From: an uncultured Prochlorococcus sp.
GTDB taxonomy: Bacteria > Cyanobacteriota > Cyanobacteriia > PCC-6307 > Cyanobiaceae
Direction: 5' to 3'
Length of the DNA stretch: 64,000 nt
Assembly: GCA_902565305.1 (NCBI GenBank)
Contig: CACFEJ010000004.1
Location: forward strand, 3,967 to 67,966
The notes below the pieces were generated by a model that was not told where the DNA came from, made no database searches, and worked only from the letters and a program-made list of their open reading frames with translations. This document shows, in pieces, positions 9,121-20,871 of the stretch; the first letter of the stretch is position 1; each line of letters begins with the position of its first letter. The position numbers were made by a program, and so were the translations under genes.

Positions 9121-10587
9121 CTATAAATCGGCAAAACCTTTTTTCTTTTTATTATTTTTTTGTTTTTTCATTGGCTTATTACCACTCATTCCCCCCATTC
9201 CTGGCATTCCTCCTCCCATTCCTGGCATTCCTCCTCCCATTCCTGGCATTCCTCCCATCCCTGGCATTCCTCCCATTCCTGGCAATCCTCCATTTGACAT
9301 TTGTTTCATAAAGCCTCTCATTCTTTGAAAATCAGCTAATACTTTATCTACATCTTTTGCTTCATAACCGCTACCCTGAGCGATTCTTTGTCTTCTTGAA
9401 GGCTGAGCAGCAAGAACTTCAGGTTTTTGTTTTTCCTCAAGAGTCATTGAAGAGATCATAGATTCTATTTTCTTAAGTTGATCTTCTCCATCTTTTATCA
9501 TCCCATCATCGATTTTATTCATTCCAGGGATCAATTTAATCAATCCACCAAGTGAGCCCATCCTTTTAATTAATCTCATTTGCTTAACAAAATCATTAAA
9601 GTCAAAAGTCGCTTCTTGAAGTTTCTTTTGCATCGCTTCTGCATCAGCAAGTTCAACTTCTTTTTGTGCTTTTTCAACAAGTGTCAATACATCGCCCATG
9701 CCTAAAATTCTGCTGGCCATTCTCTCCGGATGAAATGGTTGCAATGCCTCTATTTTTTCACCTACACCTATAAATTTGATTGGTTTACCACTTATTTTTC
9801 TTATCGATAAAGCAGCTCCACCTCTTGAGTCACCATCCAACTTAGTTAATATCGCCCCTGTGATTCCTACTTTTTCATGAAATGATTTTGTTAAGTCTGC
9901 AGCTTCTTGCCCAATCATTGAATCAACAACAAGTAAAACCTCATCAGGTTTAGAAACTTCTTTTATTCGAACCATTTCACTCATCATGGAATCATCAATT
10001 TGCAGTCTTCCTGCGGTATCAATAATTATCGAACTAAAATCATTTTCACTAGCAAAATTCAATGCTTCCTTTGCTATTTCTTCTGGTTTGCTATTTTTTT
10101 CTTTAGCTGAAAAAACTTCCAATTCATATTGACTTCCCAATGTTTTAAGCTGCTCTACAGCTGCTGGCCGATAAATATCTGCAGCAACCAAAAGAACTTT
10201 TTTATCTTTTTCCTTTAAATAAAGTCCTAATTTTCCTGTTGCAGTTGTTTTACCCGCTCCCTGAAGTCCAGCCATCAAAATGACTGTAGGACTATTTTCA
10301 TTTTCGTTTAATGGAGCATTTTCATTCCCCATAATGTTAATCAATTCTTTATTTACAACTTCAATAAATTTTTGACCTGGGTTTACACCTCTAACTACTT
10401 CTTCTCCAATAGCTTTATCTTTGACATCTGATATAAACTCTTTTACTACAGACAAACTAACATCTGCATCAAGGAGTGCTCTTTTTACCTCCTTCAAGGC
10501 ATCGTTTATATTATTTTCACTAATTTTTGCTTCGCCTCTTAAACCCTTTACTGCGTCTTCAAAGCGTGAAGAGAGTTCATCAAACAT
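9121..10587 (-). CDS. ffh: Signal recognition particle protein Ffh
   Basis: GLQGAGKTT, DTAGR, TKLDGDSRGGAALS, Met-rich M domain. Confidence 0.98.
   Translation of the reverse strand: MFDELSSRFEDAVKGLRGEAKISENNINDALKEVKRALLDADVSLSVVKEFISDVKDKAIGEEVVRGVNPGQKFIEVVNKELINIMGNENAPLNENENSPTVILMAGLQGAGKTTATGKLGLYLKEKDKKVLLVAADIYRPAAVEQLKTLGSQYELEVFSAKEKNSKPEEIAKEALNFASENDFSSIIIDTAGRLQIDDSMMSEMVRIKEVSKPDEVLLVVDSMIGQEAADLTKSFHEKVGITGAILTKLDGDSRGGAALSIRKISGKPIKFIGVGEKIEALQPFHPERMASRILGMGDVLTLVEKAQKEVELADAEAMQKKLQEATFDFNDFVKQMRLIKRMGSLGGLIKLIPGMNKIDDGMIKDGEDQLKKIESMISSMTLEEKQKPEVLAAQPSRRQRIAQGSGYEAKDVDKVLADFQRMRGFMKQMSNGGLPGMGGMPGMGGMPGMGGGMPGMGGGMPGMGGMSGNKPMKKQKNNKKKKGFADL
9187..9291 (-). repeat. In-frame 18/21-bp tandem repeat encoding the (GMPGMG[G])n tail of Ffh
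   Basis: About five ATTCCTGGCATTCCTCC(TCC)C units on the + strand. Confidence 0.85.
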
Positions 10588-10634
10588 TATTAAAAAGTAA
10601 TTTTAATTATTATAGATGATCTTCAAGTTTGTAA

Positions 10635-12740
10635 TTACAAGCCGCTCACGAAATCAACCAATTTCCATGATTTATTCGAAAAACCCAAAATATATTTAAC
10701 TTTAAGGGGATTTAAAGTTGTTTCATTAATAAATTCTCCAGAATTCTTTACTAACCTCTCTAGATAATTCAACTCTACTAAAACAACTATCCGAGATGAG
10801 CTTTGCGATTCTAAATCAATTTTAAGTATTTGGGAATTAATCTCCTTATAAATTCCTTTCTTGATATCGTTCTGTCTTTCTTCGATTGTTCGATCAATTA
10901 GACCTTTACTAACAATCTTAGAAAGATTAATTTCACCCTTTCCCGCTAAATAATTACTTTTATTAAGAAGCCATCCATTAATTAAATTTCTTATATCTTC
11001 CAAAGAAGGTGAAGCAGTATTAAGTTCTTTGAATTCATAGGAAATAATTGAAGTAAATTTCTCAGAAATAGAATTCACTTTACTTGAAGGATTTTTTTTT
11101 ATTTCTTGAATAATATCTTTCTCACTAGGCTTTTGATTTTTATCATTTGCAATTAAAGGTTTTTCAGCAATAGATTCGTCCTGAATTGATTTTTTAAAAT
11201 TATTTCTTAAAAATCCAATGGCAATACCAAATGCAAATAAGATCAAAAACGCATAGATATAAATTAAATACGACGACCGATTAATTATCTCTTTATCCTT
11301 TAAGAATTCCCCAAAACTAAACTTTAATTCAGCAATTTTTTCAATTAAAAAATTATAAAACTCAATTGGTTTTTTCTTAAAGTATTCCTCATTGAATTCT
11401 ATTTCTTTGGTCTCAACCTTTTCATAGCCTTGTTTTATGCCACCAGGCCAAGGTAATCTTCTTTCATCCATATTCCCCAATAAATTATCAAAATCTTCAG
11501 TCGTTTTCGTGGAGGATTCCTTTTCAATCTGTTGGTTCTGAAGATTTGACCTAATTGAAATTTTATTTGATTTCTTTTCTAATTTTTCAATAAATTCTTG
11601 AATTTCCCTGTCTTCAAACCAAGAATCTAAATCCACCTCATTTGAGTCAATGTCTCTATAACCAACTAAAACATCATTCTCTAACCAATTTTTACAGAAA
11701 ATACATATCGCTTCTAACTTATTTCCAGGATAACTATTAAGCCAATCTCGTAAATTTTCATCAGAACTACTTGAAAACCTAGCAGAGGCTTGGTCAATAT
11801 CAGCTAAAAGCAAATCTAAACAACCAATTAGCGGCATTGAATCAAGGCCAGATAAATTTAGTTTTTTTAAAATTCTCCTCGCTTCAAATAATTTTTCCGG
11901 CTTTCTTCTCGAGAAACCAATAGCTGTTAAGGATAGAAATGCTAAAAATCCTGCTTCTAATGATCCTCTTTTTTGTAATTCAAGAAACAAATCAATCTGT
12001 TCTTGCACGGTCAAAAATGGCTTAATTTGTTGAAAAAAAGCTTCAAACTCTTGCTGATTTAAATAATCTTTATATTCAGATTTATTATTACCTTCCAAAC
12101 CACCTCTTTTGATTATTAAATTTTCCAACATACTTAAGCCTTTTTTATGAGACTCTTGATCATTTAGATCTCTACTAAGTAGATCTAAAATTCTGTAAGG
12201 AAGCAAAGCAACCAAATCTTCTTCAAGTTCTTTTCTTATATCTCTAAGCTTTCCCATTCTTTGCAGAAGTTGTATCCCTTCATATAAAAAGTCTGCCGCG
12301 TTCGAATAGGATCTAAGCTGTTGCTCTTGAATTGCAGAATCTCTAGCTGTTAATGCAGCCAATAATGTTAAATCAGCTTCTCTACTACTTCCTAAAGCTG
12401 GAGTTTGTGGGGGTTGTAATGCTTTTCTCGTGATTTTAAAAGCTTCTTTGGGTGAACCCGATTCCCAAAGAAGTATTAACCCTGCTACTTCTCTATTTGA
12501 AGAAAAATCCAATCCAGAATTCCCATTCAATAACAAATTTTCGTATTCTCTTCTGCTTTCTGGATCTGTAAGTAGATCGGCAGTGAGGCGAAGCAACTCG
12601 GATCTTTGGGTTAAAACTTCATAAGTAAAACCTTCATTGGGTGTTTTATCTAACCGCAATTGAAACGCCCTTAATATTTCCTCAGAAGTTGCTGAGGGGC
12701 TTACGCCAATTAAACGAAAATGGTCTAAAGGAAGTTCCAA
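10635..12740 (-). CDS. ftn2: ARC6/Ftn2 (ZipN) cell-division protein
   Basis: J-like N-terminus ELPLDHFRLIGV, single TM segment, C-terminal IMS/DUF4101-like domain. Confidence 0.9.
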   Translation of the reverse strand: MELPLDHFRLIGVSPSATSEEILRAFQLRLDKTPNEGFTYEVLTQRSELLRLTADLLTDPESRREYENLLLNGNSGLDFSSNREVAGLILLWESGSPKEAFKITRKALQPPQTPALGSSREADLTLLAALTARDSAIQEQQLRSYSNAADFLYEGIQLLQRMGKLRDIRKELEEDLVALLPYRILDLLSRDLNDQESHKKGLSMLENLIIKRGGLEGNNKSEYKDYLNQQEFEAFFQQIKPFLTVQEQIDLFLELQKRGSLEAGFLAFLSLTAIGFSRRKPEKLFEARRILKKLNLSGLDSMPLIGCLDLLLADIDQASARFSSSSDENLRDWLNSYPGNKLEAICIFCKNWLENDVLVGYRDIDSNEVDLDSWFEDREIQEFIEKLEKKSNKISIRSNLQNQQIEKESSTKTTEDFDNLLGNMDERRLPWPGGIKQGYEKVETKEIEFNEEYFKKKPIEFYNFLIEKIAELKFSFGEFLKDKEIINRSSYLIYIYAFLILFAFGIAIGFLRNNFKKSIQDESIAEKPLIANDKNQKPSEKDIIQEIKKNPSSKVNSISEKFTSIISYEFKELNTASPSLEDIRNLINGWLLNKSNYLAGKGEINLSKIVSKGLIDRTIEERQNDIKKGIYKEINSQILKIDLESQSSSRIVVLVELNYLERLVKNSGEFINETTLNPLKVKYILGFSNKSWKLVDFVSGL

Positions 12741-12889
12741 ACAAATATCCTATTGAAAATTTCTTAGACAAATTTTATCAAGTTAAAATTTTTTTTCACA
12801 AGGTCTTACAGAGTTATTAAAAAAAATCATGAAAATCGCCCTTCACAGCTTAGAATGTTAACAAATCAAAACTTCGTTAAGGTATTTTC

Positions 12890-13927
12890 TTGGAAACACA
12901 CGTAGAGAGAATCTCAAATCTTCAAGACATAAAAAAAGCCGAATTAGATCGAGAAACCGGATTATTTCTTTATGAAGACATGACGCTTGGTCGTAGGTTT
13001 GAAGATAAGTGTGCAGAAATGTATTACAGGGGAAAAATGTTTGGTTTCGTTCATTTATATAACGGTCAAGAGGCTATAAGCACGGGAGTAATTGGCGCCA
13101 TGAAAAAGAAACATGATTGGTTTTGTAGTACTTATCGCGATCATGTTCATGCACTAAGTGCGGGGGTCCCTTCATTTGAGGTAATGAGTGAACTTTTTGG
13201 TAAAGCTACTGGTTGTAGCAAAGGCCGAGGTGGATCCATGCACTTATTTTCAAGAGAGCATCACTTACTCGGAGGATATGCATTTATTGGAGAAGGAATT
13301 CCAGTTGCCTTAGGGGCAGCCTTTTCAAGTAGATACAAAAAGGAGGTTTCTGGTAATAGTAGTAGTGATGCGGTAACTGCAGCATTCTTTGGAGATGGGA
13401 CTTGCAATAATGGGCAGTTTTTTGAATGTTTAAATATGGCCCAGTTATGGAAATTACCCATAATTTTTGTTGTTGAAAATAATAAATGGGCTATTGGTAT
13501 GGCTCACGATAGAGCTACTAGTAATCCTGAAATCTGGAGAAAAGCGTCTGCTTTTGGTATGCACGGCGAGGAAGTTGATGGAATGGATGTATTAGCAGTC
13601 AGAGGGGCAGCACAAAGAGCAATTGAGCGCGCTAGAGCAGGAGAAGGTCCCACACTTTTAGAATGTTTGACTTATAGATATAGAGGACATTCTCTTGCAG
13701 ATCCAGATGAATTAAGGTCTGAAAAAGAGAAGGAGTTTTGGGGTAAAAGAGATCCTATTAAGAAATTAGCCAAAGAAATTATTGACGGTAAATTTGCTAC
13801 GGAAGAAGAACTAAAAATTATTGAAAAGAAAATTGATGCAGAGATATCGGAGTCAGTTAAAAATGCTATTGAAGCTCCAGAACCCCCTTCAGAAGAATTA
13901 ACCAAATATATTTGGGCAGATGACTAG
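12890..13927 (+). CDS. pdhA: Pyruvate dehydrogenase E1 alpha
   Basis: [14 protein letters not shown]...NN TPP motif, [10 protein letters not shown]. Confidence 0.97.
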   Translation: METHVERISNLQDIKKAELDRETGLFLYEDMTLGRRFEDKCAEMYYRGKMFGFVHLYNGQEAISTGVIGAMKKKHDWFCSTYRDHVHALSAGVPSFEVMSELFGKATGCSKGRGGSMHLFSREHHLLGGYAFIGEGIPVALGAAFSSRYKKEVSGNSSSDAVTAAFFGDGTCNNGQFFECLNMAQLWKLPIIFVVENNKWAIGMAHDRATSNPEIWRKASAFGMHGEEVDGMDVLAVRGAAQRAIERARAGEGPTLLECLTYRYRGHSLADPDELRSEKEKEFWGKRDPIKKLAKEIIDGKFATEEELKIIEKKIDAEISESVKNAIEAPEPPSEELTKYIWADD

Positions 13928-13928
13928 A

Positions 13929-14870
13929 TTAAATACCGCTAGGTAATTTTCTGGTTAAATTTCTTAATTTTCTTAGTGCCTTAAGTTCAACTTGTCTTAC
14001 TCTTTCTCTAGAAACTTCTAACAATCTTCCAATTTCAGCAAGTGTATGCCTCTCATTTGCATCCAGTCCAAATCTTAATTTGAGAACATGTTGCTCTTGC
14101 TCGCTTAAATGACTTAACCACTTACCAAGTTGCTCTTGATGCATTTTTTGTTCAACTTGATCTAAAGGTTCTTCATTATTACCATCAGCAATTAAATCAC
14201 CTAAAAAGCTTCTGCCATCATCACCATTTACTGGAGCATCTAAACTACTTGTCGATAAAGCTTGTCTCAAAACTGAATCCAATTCTTCTACATCAATTTC
14301 CATCGCCTCTGCAATTTCAATCCTGCTGGGCATAGCACCAAGTTTATGAGCCAAATCTCTACTAACTTTTCTAATAGAAGCTAACCTTTCACTTAAGTGA
14401 ACTGGCAAACGGATTGTTCTTGATTGACATGCAATTGCTCTTGTCATACTCTGTCTAATCCACCAAAAAGCGTAAGTAGAAAACTTATATCCCCTTGTCG
14501 GATCAAATTTTTCAACAGCTCTCTCCAACCCAAGAGACCCTTCCTGTACTAAATCAAGAAGTTCAAGTCCTTTACCTTGATATTTTTTTGCAACACTGAC
14601 GACTAATCTTAAGTTAGCTTTCATCATTCTTTCTTTAGCTCTTCGACCAATTTTTATTGTTCTTTTTTGCTGAATTGTAAATTCATTAGTCCTTTCATTT
14701 AATTGCCCATCTTGAGTAAGAATCATCATTTTTTGAACTTGGTTACCCAATTCAATCTCTTCGGCAGGTGTTAATAAAGGAACTCTACCGATATTCTGCA
14801 AATACCAACTAATTGGATCATTACTTCTCCTTTTGGGAGGTTCTGCTTGTGTTGGTAATGATGAAACCAT
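13929..14870 (-). CDS. Group 2 RpoD-like sigma factor
   Basis: ANLRLVVSVAKKY, DLVQEGSLGL, KFSTYAFWWIRQ, SRERVRQ; no region 1.1. Confidence 0.95.
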   Translation of the reverse strand: MVSSLPTQAEPPKRRSNDPISWYLQNIGRVPLLTPAEEIELGNQVQKMMILTQDGQLNERTNEFTIQQKRTIKIGRRAKERMMKANLRLVVSVAKKYQGKGLELLDLVQEGSLGLERAVEKFDPTRGYKFSTYAFWWIRQSMTRAIACQSRTIRLPVHLSERLASIRKVSRDLAHKLGAMPSRIEIAEAMEIDVEELDSVLRQALSTSSLDAPVNGDDGRSFLGDLIADGNNEEPLDQVEQKMHQEQLGKWLSHLSEQEQHVLKLRFGLDANERHTLAEIGRLLEVSRERVRQVELKALRKLRNLTRKLPSGI

Positions 14871-15010
14871 ACTTTGACCTAATTTAGGTACTAAAACTCT
14901 CCTATACTTTTGAAGAAATAGCCAAATATTTAATACGCGCTTCAGATTTCAAGTTATATTTGTACACTTATGTGTTTAAAACTATAAATAACTCTCTTAA
15001 ATTGTTTCTT

Positions 15011-16576
15011 TCAAGATATTTGTCTCATTTTTATATTTCGCATTAATTTTGACAATTCATCACCAATAGCAGAAGCATTTGACCCTTTTTTGCACTTTGA
15101 TGCAGCAAATGAATGCAAAAGTACGTATTTAGCAAAAAAATCTGTTGTTATGTTTCTACAAAAGGTTAAATCAATAGCAGAACTACCAGCTATAAATCCA
15201 GATAAAAGATCACCCAATCCAGCTCGAGCTGTGTGTGAATCAGTCCCAAAAAGTTGCCAAGCCTTTTTATTGTCAGCGACTATGCTATTAGCTCCCTTTA
15301 ACAAAACACTTATGTTAAATTCTTGCGCAGCATTAAGAGCTTTTTCAACACTAGTCTCGCATTTGATATTAGGGAATAACCTCGAAAATTCTCTGCTATG
15401 AGGTGTTATCCATGTCTTAAATCTTCTCTCTAAGAAGAATTTTGAACATAATTTAGATTCTGAAATTCTATTGAGTGCATCCGCATCCAAGATCAATAAT
15501 CCTTCAAAACCAGTGAGAATGTCTTTTGCTTTTTGCCAATCATCATTATCAATTCCTATTCCTGGTCCGACAGCTACTGAATCAAACGCACTTAAATCAA
15601 TATTTTTTAATGCATTAAATAAAGATGCATTTCCATTTTGATTAGATTGCATAGTATCCTTTAAAACTATTTCTGGAGCAACTTGCCAAATAGATTTAGC
15701 AACTAACTCAGGCAGGACAGCCGAGATATAGCCTGCTCCACTTGATATCGCCCCTTTTAATGCTAAGTATGCAGCACCAGGATATTTTTCACTTCCAGCT
15801 ATTAATAATGTTCTACCTCTTTTATATTTGTTGGAATTTCTTGGTAAAGAAGGTAAATCAATATTTTTTAAATCTTTGTAAGTAACCTTAAAAATCTTTT
15901 TATCAACTTTGGAAAGTTTACTAATAGGCACCCCAACATCTATGTGGTGCAATTCTCCAATAAAAGGTAATGCAGAATCTTGCGTCAACCCAATCTTATT
16001 AAGACCAATTGCCAAGGTATGGTCTGCCTTTACTGCGTTATCTAAAAACGGCTCTCCTTTATCAGGACATAATCCTGTTGGAATATCAATACTTATTACC
16101 TTGCCATATTTGTTATGAAATTTTTGATTAAAAAGTTTAATTAATTTATTTTCAACTTTTCTTGTTTGATTATTACCAAAAACAGCATCAATCCAAAGTT
16201 CTTTACCATTTGCATTAGGGGGCTCTACTAATTTCGTGACACCAATAGATGTAAGATAATTAAGGTGGTTATTTGTTAATGTTTTTTTTATCGGGAATGG
16301 ACACCATACCTTTACTAAAAAACCTTTCAAAAAAAGCTCTCTAGCTATTACTGCACCATCCCCACCATTATACCCAGGACCTATAAAAACAGTTATTCCA
16401 TACTTTAGAAGAGGTTTCCTTTTCAAGAGCCATCTACTAATTTGAATACCAGCTTTTTCCATCAATGCTTCTTGAGGCATTCCATCAGAAAACATTTCTT
16501 TCTCTAATATCAACATTTGCTTTGAATCAACAATTAAATGTTTAGAGTCAATTGTTGGCCATACAATTTCGTTCAT
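15011..16576 (-). CDS. nnr: Bifunctional NAD(P)H-hydrate epimerase/dehydratase (YjeF/Nnr)
   Basis: GPGYNGGDG, SIDIPTG, GPGIG, LDADAL, TPHSREF, GLGDLLSG. Confidence 0.92.
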   Translation of the reverse strand: MNEIVWPTIDSKHLIVDSKQMLILEKEMFSDGMPQEALMEKAGIQISRWLLKRKPLLKYGITVFIGPGYNGGDGAVIARELFLKGFLVKVWCPFPIKKTLTNNHLNYLTSIGVTKLVEPPNANGKELWIDAVFGNNQTRKVENKLIKLFNQKFHNKYGKVISIDIPTGLCPDKGEPFLDNAVKADHTLAIGLNKIGLTQDSALPFIGELHHIDVGVPISKLSKVDKKIFKVTYKDLKNIDLPSLPRNSNKYKRGRTLLIAGSEKYPGAAYLALKGAISSGAGYISAVLPELVAKSIWQVAPEIVLKDTMQSNQNGNASLFNALKNIDLSAFDSVAVGPGIGIDNDDWQKAKDILTGFEGLLILDADALNRISESKLCSKFFLERRFKTWITPHSREFSRLFPNIKCETSVEKALNAAQEFNISVLLKGANSIVADNKKAWQLFGTDSHTARAGLGDLLSGFIAGSSAIDLTFCRNITTDFFAKYVLLHSFAASKCKKGSNASAIGDELSKLMRNIKMRQIS

Positions 16577-16622
16577 AATTAGTACAAAGCAATTGAAGTA
16601 CTGTTCAAAAATTTAAACTTCC

Positions 16623-17780
16623 ATGTTAAAGACACAAAAGGATAAAAAATTAGAGAACTTTTTTTCTTCTAATAATAAAACTAAAAAGAAGAAAAATATT
16701 ATTGTAGGTCTTTCTGGTGGCGTAGATAGTTCCCTTTCAGCTGCTCTTCTTGTAGAAAAAGACTGGAATGTTGAGGGACTAACTCTTTGGCTAATGAAAG
16801 GACAAGGCTCTTGTTGTTCTGAAGGATTAGTAGATGCTGCTGGCCTTTGTGAAGATTTGGGAATTAATCATAAAATAATAGACTCAAGAGAAATTTTCGA
16901 AAGAGAGGTAATTAAAAAAACTACTGAAAGCTATGAGAAAGGATTCACTCCACTGCCATGTTCGATGTGCAACAAGAATGTGAAGTTTGAAGAGATGCTT
17001 AATTACGCAATAAGCAAAAAAGACTTTACTCATATTGCGACCGGACATTACGCAAGGATAAAAAAATCATCTTATGCTGAAAAACTTAATTGCAAGAGCT
17101 TTGTATTTAAAGACTTCCTTCTTCTCAGAGGTGCTGACGAAAACAAAGACCAAAGTTATTTTCTTTATTCTCTTTCTCAAGAAGTACTAAGCAGATTAGA
17201 ATTTCCTCTTGGTGAAATGAAAAAAGAAGATACAAGAAGGGAAGCCCTCAGATTAGGCCTTAGAACTGCTCAAAAACCAGAAAGTCAAGATTTATGTTTA
17301 GTTGAGCATTATGGTTCAATGCAGAGATTTATAGACAAGCACATTGAACCTAATGAAGGAGAAATTGTGCATGTTAATGGGAAAGTCCTAGGAAGGCACA
17401 ATGGTATTCAGCACTTTACAGTAGGTCAAAGAAAAGGTTTGGGCATCTCTTGGCCTGAACCATTATATGTAAAAAGTTTAGACAGGGTAAAAAACATAGT
17501 TTATGTAGCAGATAAAAGTGATCTATTTAATAAAGAAGCAATAATTACTAAGGTTAACTGGGTTTCAATCGAAGAACCTAAGCAAGAGATACAAGTAGAA
17601 GCACAAATAAGATATAGAAGTCATCCAGTAAAAGGAACTTTAATCCCTTTAAAAAATAAAGATAATCCTACCAAAACATTTAAATTAATATTTGAAGAAA
17701 GTCAAAGTTCGGTAACACCCGGACAAGCTGCAGTTTTTTATAAAGGAGAAATTTTATTAGGTGGCGGATTAATTAATTAA
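16623..17780 (+). CDS. mnmA: tRNA 2-thiouridine synthase
   Basis: SGGVDSS, ATGHYA, KDQSYFL, ESQDLC, TPGQAAV. Confidence 0.97.
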   Translation: MLKTQKDKKLENFFSSNNKTKKKKNIIVGLSGGVDSSLSAALLVEKDWNVEGLTLWLMKGQGSCCSEGLVDAAGLCEDLGINHKIIDSREIFEREVIKKTTESYEKGFTPLPCSMCNKNVKFEEMLNYAISKKDFTHIATGHYARIKKSSYAEKLNCKSFVFKDFLLLRGADENKDQSYFLYSLSQEVLSRLEFPLGEMKKEDTRREALRLGLRTAQKPESQDLCLVEHYGSMQRFIDKHIEPNEGEIVHVNGKVLGRHNGIQHFTVGQRKGLGISWPEPLYVKSLDRVKNIVYVADKSDLFNKEAIITKVNWVSIEEPKQEIQVEAQIRYRSHPVKGTLIPLKNKDNPTKTFKLIFEESQSSVTPGQAAVFYKGEILLGGGLIN

Positions 17781-19260
17781 TTTTCCAAAAGAAATTTAAT
17801 CCCATAAAAAATATAAACAATAACAAAATAGGTTTATCTCCAAATTTTGTATAGAAGGTCTTGTCGGATGAAAAATTGGGGAAAACTACTTTATTTTGCT
17901 CCACATTTAAATCTAGAAGTTGAATTATATTTCCATCATCTTTAACTAAACCCGAAGGACCAGTGTTTGATACAAGTAGATTATCTTTTTTATTTTCAAT
18001 ACTTCTCAATCTTGCCAAAGAAAGAAATTGATTATAAAGCTTAGTTGGATAGGGATCTAAATTTGCTGCAGTTATTATTAGTTTTGCACCGCCATTAATA
18101 GCCTTTCTTATTTTCAATCCATCACTAATTTCATAACAAATAGCCACTGCTAGAGGTTGTGTAAATTTAGGATCAAACAATCTCGAATCAGAGCCAGGTT
18201 GAATTCCTCCTACTGCAGATAATCCTCTTGAGAAAATATCTAGAAATCTAGGTATTTTTTCACCTATTGGAACAAGTCTATTTTTATCTATAAATGTGGT
18301 AAAAGATTTATCTCCAATTTGAAATCCGAGTAAAGAATTTCTTAACTCATTATTTGAATTTCTGAAACCTCCTGACAAGGTATTAACCTTAATGCCTTTA
18401 GAAAAATAAAAATTAGTAGATAGAGTTCCTTCAGGCGCAACAAGAAGTTTCGCTTTGTTTGATAAAGCATATTTTTGAGCGATGGATAGCTTTTCTTCAA
18501 TAAATTCATCATTTATTTTTAATTTTTCTCTTGTTGGTATATTAGTTTGCCAAATAGCTACTGGATACTCATAATTTCTTTTTACTGGACTTGTTAAACC
18601 TCCAAATAAATGTAAGAAAATAAAAACTAAAAGTCCTAAAAGAAATATTTTTTTAAAGTGAAGTTTTCTTTCCCATCTACCTTGAATATAAAAAATCCAA
18701 AATCCAATCAATATTTGTAATACGCATAAACCACTTGCACCAATCCATCTTGCTAAACCAGCAAGATAAATATCACCTGGGATAAGACTCTCTCCTAAAC
18801 CTATCCAAAAAATAGGAGTTTGAGAAAGTATCAGTTCACCAATACCCCAAGTCAAGGATAAAAAAAATACTTTTACTGTTAAAGATAATATTTTCATTTT
18901 GAAAACATCTTCTTTCCAGAGAATGATTTCAACTAGCAATCCCCATAAATAAACTAATATCCCACCCAAAAAAGCGCAAAATAATAATATTAAAATGGTG
19001 ATTATTAAACTTATAAGCCATGAAAACCCAAGCCATGTCAATGGATGAAGATCATAAAGCCAAGAATGACTTATCAAAATAAAGAAAAAACCCCAACAAA
19101 AATTTGCTATTCTCCTTTCACTTCCCTTCCATAAAATAAATAATGATATCGGCATAAAAATCAGCCAAAAATGAGTTGAAACTGAAATTCCTCCTAAAAC
19201 CCCTCCTAAACAAGGGTAAAAATATTGTCTTAGACTTTTAATTTGAGTTGGGATTAACAA
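17773..19260 (-). CDS. lnt: Apolipoprotein N-acyltransferase
   Basis: Multi-TM N-terminus; nitrilase-type triad APEG / KNRLVPIGE / ICYE. Confidence 0.92.
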   Translation of the reverse strand: MLIPTQIKSLRQYFYPCLGGVLGGISVSTHFWLIFMPISLFILWKGSERRIANFCWGFFFILISHSWLYDLHPLTWLGFSWLISLIITILILLFCAFLGGILVYLWGLLVEIILWKEDVFKMKILSLTVKVFFLSLTWGIGELILSQTPIFWIGLGESLIPGDIYLAGLARWIGASGLCVLQILIGFWIFYIQGRWERKLHFKKIFLLGLLVFIFLHLFGGLTSPVKRNYEYPVAIWQTNIPTREKLKINDEFIEEKLSIAQKYALSNKAKLLVAPEGTLSTNFYFSKGIKVNTLSGGFRNSNNELRNSLLGFQIGDKSFTTFIDKNRLVPIGEKIPRFLDIFSRGLSAVGGIQPGSDSRLFDPKFTQPLAVAICYEISDGLKIRKAINGGAKLIITAANLDPYPTKLYNQFLSLARLRSIENKKDNLLVSNTGPSGLVKDDGNIIQLLDLNVEQNKVVFPNFSSDKTFYTKFGDKPILLLFIFFMGLNFFWKIN

Positions 19261-19346
19261 TCTAAAATTACGAAATTAAATTTATAATCACCCATTTATT
19301 GTACCTTCATTCTGTAGACTAAGTTTTAGTAACTTTCAAAATTTAA

Positions 19347-19919
19347 GTGAAAGAAGTCTTTATCAGTTTTGCAGTTTTTGTCTTTTGTGTTTCATTAACT
19401 CTTTTCAGTCAATTTAATTCACCTCAAGTTGTTAATGCTGCTGAATCAGAAACTCAATCAGTTCAAAGATCACCTGTTGCAAAATCATCAAATGTCTCAA
19501 ATAATAATTTATTTGAACTAGACCCATCTGATCCAAATCCTATACTTTTCGCTATGGCAGAAGAAACACCATCAGACAACAATTCAAGGACTACAGAAAG
19601 TGGTTTAATTATTGCAGATATCGTAAACGGGGAAGGAGATGAGGCTAGTGCTGGACAAACAGTTACTGTAAATTACACAGGAACACTAGAAGACGGGACA
19701 CAATTTGATACCAGTATCGGCAGAGCTCCATTCAGCTTTCCCTTGGGTGCTGGACGAGTAATAAAAGGTTGGGACGAAGGTGTAGCAGGTATGAAAGTTG
19801 GAGGCAAAAGAAAATTAACAATACCTCCGGAACTTGGATACGGATCAAGAGGAGCTGGAAATGTAATACCTGCTAATGCGACTTTAATATTTGAAGTTGA
19901 ATTATTAAAAGTCAATTAA
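19347..19919 (+). CDS. FKBP-type peptidyl-prolyl isomerase (exported)
   Basis: Signal peptide; [31 protein letters not shown]. Confidence 0.95.
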   Translation: MKEVFISFAVFVFCVSLTLFSQFNSPQVVNAAESETQSVQRSPVAKSSNVSNNNLFELDPSDPNPILFAMAEETPSDNNSRTTESGLIIADIVNGEGDEASAGQTVTVNYTGTLEDGTQFDTSIGRAPFSFPLGAGRVIKGWDEGVAGMKVGGKRKLTIPPELGYGSRGAGNVIPANATLIFEVELLKVN

Positions 19920-19996
19920 ATTAAATAAGAAAAATATCTTAGAGTTTCAATTTAGTTAATCTCCAAGTAATATATATACAACACCAAATATTTGAA

Positions 19997-20470
19997 ATGT
20001 TAAGTAAATTCATCAATTCTTTTCTAGATAAAAAATCCCCAATGCCAGTCCATGCTCACTGCGATGGTCCTTGTGGTGTTTACGACCCAGCATCTACGAG
20101 AGTTGCAGCTGAAGCAGTTTTATCAATGACAAAAAAACTTATTGCATTAGAAGCTCCTTCTAGCACTGATTCAGCAGAGTGGGCTTCATACAGTAATACA
20201 TTTTCTAGATATGTTGCAGTTAAAGAAGAGCAAGCAAAAGAAACCAAGAAAGAAATTCTAATTTTATGGACAGATTACTTTAAACCAGTTCACCTAGAAA
20301 CTTATCCAGACTTACATGAAACAATTTGGAAAGCGGCCAAATTATGCAGTGCATGCAAAGTTAATATTGACTTAGCCCAAGCTGAAGAACTCATGAATTA
20401 TGTAGAAAAAATTCATAATATTTTCTGGGCTTCAAAAGGAAGATCAGACGCTTTTGTAAAAGCTAGTTAA
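19997..20470 (+). CDS. sodN: Nickel superoxide dismutase precursor
   Basis: 20-aa propeptide ending VHA, then the Ni-hook HCDGPCGVYDP. Confidence 0.97.
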   Translation: MLSKFINSFLDKKSPMPVHAHCDGPCGVYDPASTRVAAEAVLSMTKKLIALEAPSSTDSAEWASYSNTFSRYVAVKEEQAKETKKEILILWTDYFKPVHLETYPDLHETIWKAAKLCSACKVNIDLAQAEELMNYVEKIHNIFWASKGRSDAFVKAS

Positions 20471-20472
20471 TC

Positions 20473-20871
20473 ATAGTTATTTTCAAAAGTTTTTTTGATT
20501 TTATTTTATTTTTTTTAGGTTTAAGAAAAACCGCTATTATTAGTGGTGAATCTATGTTTCCTTACCTAAAAGAAGGTGACATTGTATTTTTTAAAAAATA
20601 TAAAAAAAATAAATCAATACTTAAAAATCGACAAATAGTTATTTTTAATCATCCAATTAAAAACAAAAACCTAATAAAAAGGATAAATTCAGTAAATCAA
20701 AATAATGTTAGGGTTATTGGCGACAATATTGAATTTAGCGAAGATAGTAATAAATTTGGATTAATTAATAACGAAAAAATAATTGGGATTGTCACCTCTA
20801 AATTAATTATTCCTAAATTAAAAAATTTTTTAATTCAAAAAAACAGAAGCACTTCTTTGAATCCAAAATAA
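20473..20871 (+). CDS. sodX: Ni-SOD maturation protease (S26 family); true start upstream of track ORF, exact codon uncertain
   Basis: Frame open from 20467. SGESMFPYL (catalytic Ser at 20551), LIKRI (Lys), GDN...SEDS..FG; adjacent to sodN. Confidence 0.85.
   Translation: MVIFKSFFDFILFFLGLRKTAIISGESMFPYLKEGDIVFFKKYKKNKSILKNRQIVIFNHPIKNKNLIKRINSVNQNNVRVIGDNIEFSEDSNKFGLINNEKIIGIVTSKLIIPKLKNFLIQKNRSTSLNPK

Noticed and set aside
14871-15010. Possible NtcA box upstream of the group 2 sigma factor
   Set aside because: No GTA-N8-TAC match found on manual scan
16355-16385. GPGYNGGDG variant of the Nnr epimerase motif
   Set aside because: Single substitution at a variable position; not enough to infer loss of function
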